Both the position numbers and the translations under genes were made by a program. A stretch of DNA of 64,000 nt from Camelus ferus (lineage: Eukaryota): assembly GCF_009834535.1 (NCBI RefSeq), contig NC_045696.1, positions 111,478,001 to 111,542,000 of the forward strand. The letters are read 5' to 3'. The notes beneath the pieces were generated by a model that was not told the origin of the DNA, ran no database searches, and worked only from the letters and a program-made list of their open reading frames with translations. Positions 1 through 13,559 of this stretch are shown here, one piece after another (the first letter of the stretch is position 1; every line of letters begins with the position of its first letter).

Positions 1-230
1 ACCTAATCTGTCCTTCGTGACTGACTATTTTCCGGTTGGACTTAAAGCGTGTCCATTTTATTTAGATATATGACAGTATTAGTGATGACTTGCGATAGGA
101 AATCAGTTGTGTTCTCATTTGGTGATGGCTTCAGGCCTCCTTGGCTGGATGGCATCTCAGTAAGGACAGAGCACTCAAGAAAGATGGAGGGGGGCGATTT
201 TCAATAGCCAGCTCCAAATCTGTTATCCCC

Positions 231-234
<4 letters not shown>

Positions 235-276
<42 letters not shown>
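235..276. repeat. (CA)21 microsatellite
   Basis: Perfect CA run read directly from the sequence; it explains the VCVCVC stretch in ORF 201..467. Confidence 0.98.
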
Positions 277-277
<1 letters not shown>

Positions 278-1439
278 CAATGCAAAATAAATAAAGTTCA
301 TTTGTCAATAAATTACTAGCTGGATTATATCTGTTTATTATAATAAAAAGTGCTTGCCAGAGTTCTAATCCCTGATCCTTCCTCCACCCCACGACCACTG
401 GCTCCTTGGATTCTTCCGGTTGCTCATGCTCCGAGATCAAACTTGCCAAATGAAGGCTTCCAGCCAATACACACTAGATGCTTTTGGCCCGTCTACAGGA
501 TGGGCTGGGGCAAAAAAATGGTAGGAAGGGCTGGCAAGGGGGACAGAGTGATATGGCAGAAATTTAAGAGTCATTAACTCTAGTACAGAAAAGGCAAAGG
601 TTATCACACAGAACATTCTGTAAAACATAAAGTTAAGAAGGGAACTGCTATTGTTCCTTGTAGTGATTTATAGTGTTTTACCAAAAGATTTTCATCTCTG
701 AGGGGTATTACTTCTTATAAAAGAAATGCAATGGTCTTCTAAATCCTGCTGAAGAAGGCTCATTTAATGCTCTTGAAATTATCTTAGTTGAAAATGTCTT
801 CTCGGTTCTTTTTAAATCAGTCTTTACCTTTCCTTACCTTTCCTCCAACTCCCTAATCACACTCCCTAGTCAGTCCCTCTCAAATCAACTGGGAGAAAAA
901 TCAGAATTTCCTCTTCTAGGAAATCTACTCCATGAAGGAAACGATAAAATTTTTTGTCATTTGGAGTTTACAACTAATTATTTTGCTCTCTGAAAACAGC
1001 CTGGATCTGTCTAAAGAGTCATTCTAGGAAAGTTTTCCCTTTCTTTGAACTTTTTTAGATGCAAACCTGAGAAAGGTTACTTTTAACTTGTTTGGAAGCA
1101 GTCGTTTCACCAAAGGTGCAAAAGCACATTTATAAATTGGTTTGGGATCATTGTGTCTTTTGGCTGCTCTAATTCCTTGAGAAACACAATTTCCCATTAA
1201 TGCTGGAAATCTTGAGAAATAGAAAAGCTACATTCTTTCCTATGGTGAGCAACACCTTTCCAATGCTCTTCCTTGGCCTGAAGTGCCCTTTCTGCTCCGG
1301 CCCATTTTTCTGTGTGGACTTTGGTGGATCTGCCCTGTTAGGGTCAGTCTTCCTGGGAATCCTCTCCAGACGCACTCATGCAGAGTTAATGACCCCCTCT
1401 TTGGCACCACTGACAGACATGACACTGCCCTGACCATCT

Positions 1440-1562
1440 ACAATGCCATTATTACTTTGCTGTCCCATATGAGCACCGGGAGAACAGGGGCTGTCCTTGA
1501 TTTAGCTTCACATCCTCACTGCACACAGCAGATGTATAATAGGTGCCTGGTGAGTGAATGAT
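1440..1562 (+). mobile_element. LINE-2 3' end fragment
   Basis: Decayed L2 terminus ending ...taggtgcctggtgagtgaatga. Confidence 0.55.
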
Positions 1563-1740
1563 TCTCTACTCCATTACTTACTAGCGTTATGATCCTGGGT
1601 GAGCCATGCAGTCTCCTGATGCCTCAATTCCCTCATATGTGGCAAATAATATAGACCTTATTGGATTGTGGACAGGATTAAAAGATTAAATGCTTATCCA
1701 CATACTTGACCCATAGGAGGAGTTAGTGCAGACAAAATGC
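1563..1740 (+). mobile_element. MIR SINE fragment
   Basis: MIR core-like acttactagcgttatgatcctgggtgagcc...gcctcaattccctcatatgtggcaaataatat. Confidence 0.75.
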
Positions 1741-1762
1741 TGATTACCTAGTAAATGCTAGA

Positions 1763-2198
1763 TGTTACACCAGTATGGGGCAGCAGTGTGTTTAGAGAAG
1801 GTGAGCCCATCCTTTACACCCAGATAGGGACCTCTTTTGACAATGACAGGTTTAGGACTAGGCTGAAGGCTCAGTCCCACATAACAAAACTCTGAGGGGT
1901 TTCTTGGATTTTCTTCTTCGATAAAAGAGAGACTCAGGAGGAAAAAGACTGTCCCCCTTTTGTCTCCCATGAACACTGTTTTTTGAGCTGTGCCCTATAT
2001 CTTGCTACCATGAAGGGAAAGCTAAGGGAGTAACAGAGAAACCAACTCAAGGAACTTGACGTCTTTGAGTTGCTATATTAACCAACTCTGAAACCACTTT
2101 CCTGTAGACATTTTAGTATCTGAGCAAACTCAATGTCCTTATTTTTAAGCCATTTTATTTGACTATTCTGTTACTTGACAGGAAAAAATTCTAAAATA
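1763..2198 (+). mobile_element. Old MaLR solo LTR (MLT1J/K/L-like)
   Basis: atcttgctaccatgaaggg and 3' end ttttaagccattttatttgactattctgttacttgaca resemble old MLT1 LTRs; 5' boundary uncertain. Confidence 0.6.
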
Positions 2199-3013
2199 GC
2201 AGGATGCTTAGCAGATGCTAGCTATTCATCTTTATTATTATTATTTTATTATTATTATCATTAATTATTTCAGTCAATACTAGTGCATTGATCTCTGAAC
2301 AATCTCAATTTCCATGAGGAAGTAGACTCTTGCTGGAAATTATCTCATACTTTCCTGGTGTTATTTATAAAATAGGAATTCCATAAGCCAGGACATTTTT
2401 GTCTGTTAAGAAGGTTAAAAAAAAAAAAAAAGTACCAAGCATCCACTGCCCTCACTCACTTCCTTATTGTCTCTCTAAAACTCCATGTAAACACATACAA
2501 ACAAAAATCAGCCTGACTTGTAAACTCTTTCCATATATAATTAACTTTATGGGACATGGTAGACAACTGAAGAGATTATGCCCTGTGTGAAGCCAGCTCA
2601 GAGAAGGTGGCTCTGACTGATGAATGAACTCAACAGATTCATCATGCCCTTCTCCACCTACCAGCCATCTCATCAACATACATCCCATAATAAAGAGAAA
2701 ATTAGTAATACAGGCAGTTGGGGTGGGTGAATGCTGCCTTTTGACAGAATATCTTTAAACTTTCATTTTCTTCTTCAGATATATTGGCATCTCCTGTTTC
2801 TGTAACACTCCAGACAGGTTGTCAATGTTTCAGTCTCCTCCAGCCACTCACACCGAACTTTTAGGTACTTACTATGTTATGCTAAGTCAACTCGTCTCTC
2901 CTACAGTGTCCACCATCGTGCTCCAAAGATGTCATGGTCTTTATCATGCTGGAAAAAAAAATGAATGTTTTGGGCTAAAAGAGGAACGGTCTCCTCCACC
3001 TCACGCATACTCC

Positions 3014-3455
3014 ATAGATCAGTCAGATCCCAGCAGAAAACAAATGGCACGCCCAGAACTGGACATAAAATGGGACAGTGTGTGGAGGGTTTGTAAGAGG
3101 CTATGACAGAGCTGTAAGGGTAGGATAACACCAAGGGATAATGCAGCCAAGTCATTACCACCCTTAGGACAGAAAAAAGAAATGGGGAAGATTTAAATAC
3201 TGTAGAGAAAGCTGTCCTTGGAGTGACCTTCGGTTGATGGACACAGACAGCCCAAGGCAATTTTCCATGGAAAGATTTAATACGTGGGCCACACTCCCCT
3301 CCTTTTCTCTGACTTTGGGCTGAGCCTCCCCATTGATCAAACCCAATTAGAATCCAGATGATATGCGAACACTGTGATAAAACCCATTTATATCAGCCCA
3401 TGGACAGAAAAGGGAGAAGAAGAGAGGACAATAGATCTGAAAAGGCATACTCCCA
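3014..3455 (-). mobile_element. ERVL solo LTR (LTR33-like)
   Basis: atcagtcagatcccagcagaaaacaaatggcac and gcctccccattgatcaaacccaattagaatccaga resemble the reverse complement of LTR33 motifs. Confidence 0.65.
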
Positions 3456-4289
3456 GATCCAAAGCAGGGCGTTGTGAGAAGAAATGGACTGGGTCAGAGC
3501 TGGCTGGCTTTCTGAAAAGTATGTTTTGTTGTAAGAATCCCAGCAGGGTCTAATGGGGAATAGAAGGAAAAGGGAAAGTAGAATCAAAACCCTTTTACAT
3601 TTCACCTACAGTTGCCTGGATTTCAGGCCAATTATGAGGCCTCTAAACATTGGTGGACATTTGGATTTGGGTGGGCGATGTGGAGAAAGACACAGTTGGA
3701 GGCAGGAAAAGTGGAGGAAAATGAGAAGCCAATGTCTCTCCCTCTGTGGCAGTTGCAGTACCTTTTTTTTTTTTTTTTTTTTTTTCTTTTTTCTCTTTTT
3801 GTGGACTGCTTGAAAAAGATGTACCTAGATCTAAGCCATGGAAACATGTTAAAGCACTCTGTCTTAACTTCTCCTCAGCTGGATACTGGCCTGGTGGTTC
3901 ACAAAGCAGTGTACATCACTTTACAGAAAATCCACTTCCGCATGTGCAAAGAGGGCATTGTTCATTTCTACCATTGTGTACATGTCTACCTTTCTAAATC
4001 TGCAAAAACTCCTTACCAAAGAAAGTTAGTTTTCCCAGTACATGCCATTGAGTATACATGGGCTTCAGCACTTAAATTACTCAAATGCACTTTGTGTGTT
4101 CTTAATTAATTTTTACTTGGTCAAGTAAAAACTGATTTTCTTTCCAAAATAAACACAGACATGAATATAAGGCTAAATCCCTCCGTAGCAACAATTCCAA
4201 TCATCCTATATTACCAAACAGCCCAGCTGGTGGCACGTCTCCTTCCGGAACATCTGTCCTTGCTTCTGAATATACTAATTATGTGTTTT

Positions 4290-4560
4290 AAAGTGAGATT
4301 TCTTGAAAATTATGTAGCGTTACATAAACAGTGCTGTACTGTACATATAATTCTAAAAGTTCTTTTTCCTGAATAATGAATATTGGAGATATGTTGATGT
4401 TACTTTATACAGATTTAGTGCACTCCTTTTGGTATTAACATGAGTTTACCACAGTTTGTTTATGCATCCACCTACTGATGGATATCTAAGTTAACTTGGG
4501 GGAGGGAATATAAACAATGCTGCAATGACTATTCTTCTGCAAGTCTTCTTGAGTACAGGA
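4290..4560 (-). mobile_element. Old L1 (L1M) 3' fragment
   Basis: ccacagtttgtttatgcatccacctactgatggatat...ataaacaatgctgcaatgactattctt is antisense L1 ORF2 end/3'UTR. Confidence 0.7.
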
Positions 4561-4586
4561 TGATGAGAAAGACACAAATTGCTCAT

Positions 4587-5130
4587 GCACAGGAGTGGTG
4601 AGTCGTCTCTGAGATGGCCACTGCGATTCCTTACATCCCTGTCAGCTCACGCTGCTCCTCACATCAGTTAGGTAGAATCTAGTTCCTGTCTCCTTGAAAA
4701 TGAGCTGGTCTTATTTATTTGACCAATAGAACGAAGTAGAAATTATGTTCTTGAACATCCACCACCAGGTCATAAGAAGCCTTGCCGTTTCCACCTGGGG
4801 AAGGTCTGTCCTTGTGTCAGACATTTGACTGCCCTGAGAACCCCATGTTGTGGGGAAGCCTAAACTAACTGGGACATGTCATGTGGGTAGAGAGAGAGAG
4901 ACCCTCAACCACATCTGTTCCAGATATTTAAGCAGAGGCACCTCACGTGTTATGAGCGAAAATGCCATCTTGGATGCCCAACCCAGTCAAGCTGTTGAAT
5001 AATTACAGCCCGAGCTGCCATCTGACAACGGCCGCAAGAAGGACCCCTTTAGCTGAGCCATGAGAAATAATAGTAAACTTTTAACCACTAAGTTTTGACT
5101 TGTTAAATGTAGCAATAGATGTCTGGGACA
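4587..5130 (+). mobile_element. MaLR solo LTR (MLT1F/G-like)
   Basis: ctctgagatggcc...tttgaccaatagaacgaagtagaa...gccatcttggatg...ttttaaccactaagttttga...gtagcaataga pattern of MLT1 LTRs. Confidence 0.8.
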
Positions 5131-5228
5131 ATGAAGCATGCTAATTTTCATTTTTGATCAGTGCTCCCTGTTTGAGCTCCAAGAGAGCTGTATTCTCTTA
5201 TTGCTATTATATGAAAATTCCTGCGTAC

Positions 5229-5790
5229 CTACAATCCATTTTTTTTTTACACTGAGAAAATTTAAAGAGCATTTTTTTTAGCTGACCATTTAACTTTGAT
5301 TCTAAAGTCAAAAACACTTCTGTTCTTTGCATTTGTCATGAGGACGCTTTGCTTATTCTCTTGTGTTCAACACACAGACGGGGTCAGACACACTCTCCTT
5401 CCTCTCTGAAATAAACGAGTTAGAGAAATTTTTTATATTCAAAATTGTGAAAACAGCTCATGGTAATGGTGATGTCTTGTCATCTGGGACCTCAATTTTG
5501 CAGACTATAATATTCAAAGATTATGTCTGAAAACTGACTTGGGACCACTTCCCAGTGGTCATCCTGAGGCTAACCCGGGCCCACACACGCCGGCAGGGAG
5601 TGCATCTCTGGGCAGACGTGGTTCTAAATATGTAACTCCACTCCTTTCATCTCTCCAATCCAGTTAAATACAAGCAACTCAGCTGCTGTCAGAAAATGAC
5701 TAGAGAGAACTGGGTCAGCGCAGCTCTGTGAGAAATCCTCCTGAGCCAATCAGAAGGTCAGTGCAGTTATTGTCAATGATCTGAACGGTG
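5229..5790 (-). promoter_or_regulatory. Candidate minus-strand promoter and first exon of an unidentified transcript
   Basis: Repeat-free stretch with agccaatca (CCAAT 5746-5750), E-box cagctg (5680-5685), minus-strand TATTTAA (5664-5670), and downstream minus-strand aaaATGGATTGTAG|gtacgc at 5239-5223. Motif inference only. Confidence 0.3.
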
Positions 5791-7089
5791 ACAGAAAGTC
5801 AGTCCTTCAATCCTATCATTGAACTGCAGGCAGCTGGATAGGCTCAGTGCAGACCTAGAGAACACAGTGACCTGGCCAGGAGAACCCGTCCTTTCCCTGC
5901 CCTCCTTCTTTATGCACACAGAGAAATCCATCACTCAGCTTCTCCAGCCTTGTCTATAAAGTAACCCAAAACTGGCACTATTTTACTACAAATGTGATGC
6001 CTGGTTATTTTATAAAGTCATACAATGTAACATTATGTATTCCTCCAACCCCTCTCTCTTGGTTCCACCTTTCCCAATCGTAGCACTTTTGATAGTAGGT
6101 GATTTTTCTCCCAGACACATTCCCATGCATTGTTACATTGTTGTTCCTACGTGCCGTTGATACTGTACAGATGTGCGATCATAATATCATACTACTACTT
6201 TGCAATCATCATTTTTCATTTAACATGTGTCATGGACTCTTGCCACTAGTACAGATACTTCCACCTAGTATGTCCTTTCTAAACAACCGCATGAGGTTCC
6301 ACTGTCTTACTCCTTTCTGATGGGACTTATGGAGAATTATTCTCACCTTTTTATTCCAATAGCTCACCCTGGAATGGGACCAATAAAGGGCTTCAAAGCA
6401 AAGTAGAACCAACAAATAGTTTGGAGATGGTAAAAAGAAGCAACAACCAAACATTTAGGGGCATGGACTCTGTTTGAAACCTGTGGTTGTTGCTCAGATC
6501 AGGAGGAAAAAAGAATGAATGATGTGTCGATACTGGTAATTTCATGGTAGCATCACTACATTTTAGCTGGAGCTTGAGAACATTTATATAGCCATCTTTT
6601 CTTGTAGACCATGGCAGGATGTTATTTAAAGGAATAAGATGGAATCCCACTTAGGCACAGGAATTGTCACATGTTCTCTAACACTGAGATACACTATACA
6701 TTGAACCATGTTCTCTAAGGTGGCACTGAATTCAGGCAAATCCTTGCTATTAGAAGACCTGCCATTAAAAATACTAATAGGCAAATTCACCTCATGGCAT
6801 TGTAAGATCATCAAAAAAGTCTTTCTTCACCTTCTGAAAGATGTTTGTTTAAGATAGCTGGCATATACAAAGAAATAATAAAATATCTGCATAGATTTGA
6901 ACCAATGAGAGAAGGCAGATTTCTTATGGTTGGATTTTTTTCAGTTATCATGAGAGAAGTAATACCCATGAGTAAATCTGAGACCTATTCAGGAATCAGC
7001 CTGACTTTTTAAATAAACCAAAAATACTCTTAAAAAAAAAAAAAGTCTGGCTCTTCAAGCCAAACTAATCCCACTTAAAGGGAAGGAGA

Positions 7090-7170
7090 AGCGGAAGGAG
7101 CTGGATGTTTACGTCCTACAAAGACAAACACGGGGAGCTGACTCAGTCCCCAGACCTCGCCTAGCAACCC
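7090..7170. promoter_or_regulatory. Candidate enhancer motif cluster (ETS, FOX, AP-1, RFX)
   Basis: gcggaagg 7091-7098, tgtttac 7106-7112, tgactca 7139-7145 and ctcgcctagcaac 7156-7168 lie within 80 bp. Confidence 0.35.
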
Positions 7171-8320
7171 AACTCTCCGAGAGACACAAGAACCAGAAAG
7201 CTAAGTGGAAAAAACCTCCAAGCCTCCAAAAGAACTTCTGCAAAATCAAAACATTGAATCTGGTGCAATTTATTCGGGAGGCACTAGGGCCTTCAGGCAG
7301 AATTCTGCAGTTCGGAGCCGATTTTTAAAAGCTCGCTTATCTGGTTTCTCATTCACAGCAGGCTAGAAATGGCAATTAAGAGGAGGAAGGAAGGACTGGC
7401 TGACAATGACAGACAAACTGACATTAGCCAGAAGTATCAGAAAGAAAGACAGAAAGAAGCAATAAAAAAAAGAAAAAATCATGAAGGAAGCGCTACTAAT
7501 TCTAAATCCTGGTAGCCTGGGGCTATTTAGTGCAGGAGTGGACAGCCCCAGAGGTCTCACAGCACGGAGAGCAGTTTGTCCATATTTCTCTTCAGGACAC
7601 TCTGTGTAAGAATGCAGAAAACTGTGAACGCATTGCCAAAAGACTTTCTCTTAAATATTATTTATATACATATGCTTGGTGCTGAAGTTCTCAAAAAATG
7701 TTATTAAGATTCAATTCTATGTAATATTGCATGAGGTACTAACTTTCTTTATCTCTTTCATTTAAAAAAAGAATGAAGGAGCTTTTCATTATATATATAG
7801 GGGAGGTAACCTAGAATAGGTTTTCCAAAGCAGTGTATTAGCCTGTTGCAGAAACTGTCTACGTAACCACAGCATCTCTCTTTGTTAACTGACGTAAGGG
7901 CCTTGCCCACTCACTCCCTAAAAATGTGCATAGAGGACCAAGTGAACACATTGAAGACAGCAAAACAACACCTTGCTCACATAGGTAGTTTGGCATGATG
8001 GAGGTCAGATAAACTGGTAAAGGATACACTACATTCTGTAGGATAGAACTTGGAAAAGGAAAGGGGGAGGGGGTGTGATTTGGAAAAATCTAGTCCAAGA
8101 GTTCCCACCTTGCTTTCCAAAGAGCACCAGTTCAGAAGAGGTGTTTCTGGGACTGCTTTAAGGGATGGGGTAAGACCAAGCAGTTTGAGAGGGGTTCCAA
8201 GCCCCCACCCACCTTCTTTAGTCAAAGCCCTACTTTCATCTGTCTGTCCTGTCTGATAAAATTCCTTTTTAACAAAGATTCAAAAGCCAAAAAGAAGAGT
8301 TTAAAATCACTAATTATGAA

Positions 8321-9933
8321 GCTAGAACAAATAATCCTAAAATTTATATGGAAACACAAAAGACCCCCAATTCCCAAAGCAATCTTGAGAAAAAAAGAAA
8401 AAAAGCTGGAGTTATCACACTCCTTGACTTCAGACTACACAACAAGCCTGCAGTAATCAAAATAGTATGGCACTAGCACAGGAACAGACACGTAGACCAA
8501 TGGCACAGAACAGAGAGCCCAGAAATACGCCCACGCACCTACAGCCAATTAATCTACGACAAAGGAGGCAAGGATGTGCAATGGAGAAAAGACAGTCTCC
8601 TCAATGAGTGGTGCTGAGAAAACTGGACAGCTGCATGTAAATCAAGGAAATTAGACCATTATCTCATATCATATACAAAAATAAACTCAAAATGGATTAA
8701 ATGTACAAACGTAAGGCCTGAAACCATAAAATTCTAAGAATAGATCATAGGCAGAACACTCTTTGACATAAATTATAGCAATATTTTTGGGGATCTGTCT
8801 CCTAAGACAAAAGAAATAAAAGCAAAAATACACAAATTGGACCTAATTAAACTTAAAAGCTTTTGCACAACAAAGGAAACCACTGACAAAATGAAAAGAT
8901 AACCTATGGAATGGGAGAAAATGTTTGTAAATGATGCAACTGACAAAGGGTTAATATCCAAAATACACAAACAGCTCATGCAACTCAGTATCAAAAAAAA
9001 ACAAACAACCCAACCGAAAAATGGGAAGAAGACTTGAATAGACATTTGCCAAAGAGGACATACAAATGGCCAACAGGCACAGGAAAAGATGCTCAACGTC
9101 ACTAATCATCAGAGAAGTGCAAATCAAAACCACAATGAGCTATCGCCTCACACCTATCAGAATGGCTATCAGCAAAAAGTCTACAAATAGCAAATGTTGG
9201 AGAAAATGTAGAGAAAAGGGAACCCTTGTACACTCTTGGTGGGAATGTAAATTGGTGCAGCCACTGTGGAAAAATAGTATGGAGTTTCCTCAAAAAACTG
9301 AAAACAGAACTACATTTTAATCCAGCCATCCCATTCCTGGATATATATGAGGGAAAAAACAAAAACACTAATTTAAAAAGATACATACACTCACTATTCA
9401 TAGCAGCATTATTTGCTATAGCCAAAAGATGGAAACAACCATATGGATAAAGAAGATGTGATATATAATGCATATACAGACACACACGTACAAAAGGAAA
9501 TACTACTTAGCCAATAAAAAAAAATGAAATTCTGCATTCTTAACAATGTGGATGGACATAGAAAGTATTACACTTGGTGAATAAGTCATACACAGAAAGA
9601 CAAATATTTATATGTGGAATCAAAAAATTAAAACATACAAATGTATATAACAAAACAGAAACAGACTCAGATATAGAGAACAAACCAGCGGTTACCAGTG
9701 GGGAGATGAAAGAGGGGAGGGGCAAGAGAGGGATATGGGACAAAGAGATACAAACTATGTATAAAATAAATAAACAACAGGATATATTGCACAGCACAGG
9801 GAAATATAGCCATTATTTAGTTACAACTTTACACGAAGTACAATCTATAAAAATTTTGAACCACTATATTGTACACCTGAAACATAATATTGTAAATCAA
9901 CTACATACTTCAATAAAAAAATTAATATAAAAT
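8321..9933 (+). mobile_element. 5'-truncated LINE-1 (ORF2 C-terminal part + 3'UTR + A-tail), degenerate
   Basis: ORF2 peptides ([41 protein letters not shown]) in broken frames and an artiodactyl-type 3'UTR. 18-bp TSD aaaatcactaattatgaa (8303-8320) / aaaatcattaaatatgaa (9934-9951) at a tt/aaaa endonuclease site. Confidence 0.97.
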
Positions 9934-12705
9934 AAAATCATTAAATATGAACTAGACGTAACACGCATCAGTTGTAAACAGTGTCAAATGTCTCAGCAGG
10001 AAACTAAAATGAGATTAATACATGACACAATTCGTGCACATTTAAAACACATATACTCAGAAAGTCTACGCGTTTTATAAGCATACATGCATGTTTAAGG
10101 ATAAATACAGTTGAGTGAGTTTTCATTTGAGGCAATAAAAAGGAGATGAGAATTGTGGGGGAAGCATAAGACCAAATGAAATAAAATGAAGTAAGAAAAA
10201 GAGGACCCTTGAGTGGATGATGATTACTATTTACTATTAACTGAGGACTCTGAGGTCTGAATCTGAGATCCACAGAGAAATAATAAAGGTAAGATAAACT
10301 ACTAATCTGGTTCCAACATCTTCATGGTAAAATATCCTTTAATTAAGCATCATTTTCAGATGGTGCTGTGGCATCTTCCTGAGAATCTTCAACTGCAGTG
10401 ACCCACAGCTTCACCCCTAGAAAGTTCCTCCAAATTCCAATTCTTTGCACTCAATGGTAAGGGTTTTGAGGTCTAAAGTAGTACTTCTAAAAGCCTTATT
10501 GCCAAAAGAACACTATCTTAGGTTGAAAACAAAATGTATCATTTAGCAAAAAGTTGTACCTCCGCTTAACAAAGAAATCAACAACATAAATAGATGTGCA
10601 GAGCCATTTTTGGATTCATAATCCACTGAAAGCCAGTCAGTGATGATACACATGTGACTTCCAACAGGAGGTCAGGGTTATCTTGTGTGTTGGAAACACG
10701 TGAACTGGGAAGATAAAGTGAAACTGACGTTCAAGGGGCGTAATAATAAAAGTTGTACAGAAACTTCTGAAAACTTCAGAGCACCCTAGAATATTCCAGA
10801 CATTGAGAGCAAACACAGAGATGTAGCAATTATATGAGCACAAAATTTTCCTTATGCCTAAGTAGGGTAGAGACACCTACTTTTTGTAAATGTATATATA
10901 TTTACATGGTTATATATTATAATTAGATACATGATTAAATTTTGCCTATGTGCTTTCAGAATTTTCTGACTTTCCAGTAAATTAAATTAAAAGGATATAA
11001 CAATCCCACTTTTAAAAATCTGTCTTTACCAGTTTAAAATGTATCATTTAAATTTCAGGCATAAAGTGTTGAAACTAAAAAAAAAAATTCATTCATTGTC
11101 TCAATTCTCACATTTTTTTCTTAGATTATCTTGATTAGAAAGAACATCTCATTATGCACAAGAAAATTTTTCATTAAGTCCCTTGGAACTTGCAAATAAA
11201 TCATTATTGTTGTTTCTTTTCTTTCTTCTTTTATTAAACACTCTACTTGTTTTCTATCTCCTAGTGTCTTGAACGTGAGTTTACTATTAGACTAGCTAAA
11301 GAAAACATCTTGATCACTTATATTTCTAGTTGGATTTTTGCCTAATCCTTTTACTTGTGAGATTTCCCAGCTCTTTCCCTGTGACTGATATGTTATAAAT
11401 GAATGTATAAAATCTTCCAATTTCCCCCACAACTTTTCCTTCTCATGTTCTTCGATATTTTGGTACTTAGGGAAATTACTGACCCAGAGAGACCTCAGAA
11501 CTTACACCTTCATTAAAGTATTCTCTTAAATATAAAGATATTTTCTTAAAGTTTAAATTTAAGATCATGATAAAATGGTATATTTCAGAGTGCAGGGTAG
11601 AATCTAATAGCACCCATCCAAGGGTGGGGATTTTCAGTTTTCTTAATCAAAGGACTTTTCAGAGCTGAGACATCATCCAAATTGAATCCATTCGAGTATT
11701 TTGGAGACTAGGAATAAAGACTATCATATTTGCATTGTTTTTGCTGTTCAGGGTATGACTCCTCCACAGCTGTATTCCTAATTCCTTTACTTTTGTATGT
11801 CTTTGCATAAAATATATTTACTTTCATTTTGTAAATCTTATTTCCCACTAGCAAATTAGAATATAAGAAGATGTGGTATGTATTTTTTTTTTAATTCAAT
11901 AACCCTTGCCACAGACAGCCACAGAATTGACTTTGAGAAACTGCCTGTGAAATCAGAAACTGTCCTCACCATCCCGTAACTCTTGGAATACGCTGCAATT
12001 CTATTTATTACACTGGATGGGCCAGATAAAGCAAAATTAAATGTCATAATTAATGGATTGAGCTGTGCTTATTCTAGGTTCTTACCTGTTTGTGAAATAA
12101 GTTTATCAGAAAACAGTTTTGAGAAAGGGGCAGAGTGACAGCAGCCCATAATTGAGCTTGTGGGGAAAATATATTTAAGGTATGTTTAAATGGAAAGGTC
12201 TGGAAAGCAAAAACAGCACACTCTTGGATTGTCCCTGTGGTGAAGAGACCATAGCTAATTTAGTTATCATTGCGTCCCCAAAACCAAATACAGTAAATAC
12301 CGCATGATAAATGTTGGATACCTTTGTGGGCTATAGAATAGAGTGCGTGGCGTTCTGTTCAGGAGAATGAGAAGTGGAAATTATTTCAATCCCACCTAGG
12401 AGAAGCTTCGTATACTTGAACCCCAGGATAACATTAAGTGGTGGTTAAATAGGTGGGGAAACTGTGGCAAAGACAGGACTAATCAGGGTTTAAGGAGAAA
12501 AGATACCCCTGGGATAGAATGTTTTTGGAAAAGGACACTTGCAATGCCTTCTTGGCTCTTTGAAAGGATGGTGGGTGGGATGGAAAAATACAGAATCAGG
12601 AATGAGTGTGGAATGCCAGGGGGGACAGGACATCAGCTGAGAGAGGTGTAGAAGAGTCACACTGCAGCACAGAGGAAGTCTTGTTGGAAAAGAAGGCTGA
12701 GACTC

Positions 12706-12726
12706 TGTGTGTGTGTGTGTGTGTGT
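12706..12726. repeat. (TG)10 microsatellite
   Basis: Read directly from the sequence. Confidence 0.95.
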
Positions 12727-12999
12727 TGTGTGCACACTCACGCATGCACTCACTTGTGCACAGGAGCATGTGCGTGGAAGGAGGCAGAGGTTGACTGGCA
12801 GTCTAGAGAATTCATCTTTGGCCATAAGGCTTGAGTGTACTTGGGAGGTTTCCAAGCAGGGAGATGACAGATGCAAATAAGGTTTAAGCAAGATTAACCT
12901 ACTAGAATGGAAAATGGTAAGAGGGTGAGAGACAAGAGAAATAGGAGTACAGGGCTTGGAACATATCCAGAACCTCTGGATACTGACTCAATTGATGCA

Positions 13000-13450
13000 C
13001 AAAGCCAAGGACACACCCTCTGAGCAATGCTGATTGGTCAAACTCCTTAAACATCTACAACATCTTTGAATCAGCACTTTCACTTCCAGGAATGTATCCT
13101 ATAGAAAAACTAAAGTTTTGAGCAAGGATTTGTCTACTCTGTGAATTGTAGTATTCTCTAGACAATGCTTAATTAAATTATGGAAAAGTATACAGCCACT
13201 AAAAAGGATATAAATGTATCTATGGAGAAGGAAAAATATTCATCATATATGAAGTAAAAAAACAGGTTTACAAACAATGTGCAGAACATGATACCAAAAT
13301 AAACATGTGTAATGTCTACTCTGTGCAACAGAACATTAACTGTAGCTCCATCTGGCTGATGGCATTAGAGATGAATATTATTTTTTCTCATGTTTAATTT
13401 CTGATATTTGTACATAAACAAATTATAGTTGAAATTAAAGCTGTTTTAAC
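13000..13450 (+). mobile_element. Ancient L1 (L1ME-like) 3' end
   Basis: ctttgaatcagcactttcacttccaggaatgtatccta...taaattatggaaaa...acagccactaaaaagga...aacaggtttacaaacaatgtgcagaacatgatacca. Confidence 0.65.
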
Positions 13451-13559
13451 AAGATAATAATCAAGGTATAAAAGTCTAAAGTTGGGTGAATAGAAGTCAG
13501 AATGGAAGGCAGGTGCCCCATAATTTATTATGTATTCACTTGTTTTCCATGGAGGCAGG

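Noticed and set aside
42..155. Minus-strand 37-aa ORF MPSSQGGLKPSP...
   Set aside because: Short, no recognisable homology and no supporting splice structure.
8773..9930. Cluster of ORFs as host genes or an active L1
   Set aside because: They are frameshifted L1 ORF2 pieces or their antisense; the element is 5'-truncated.
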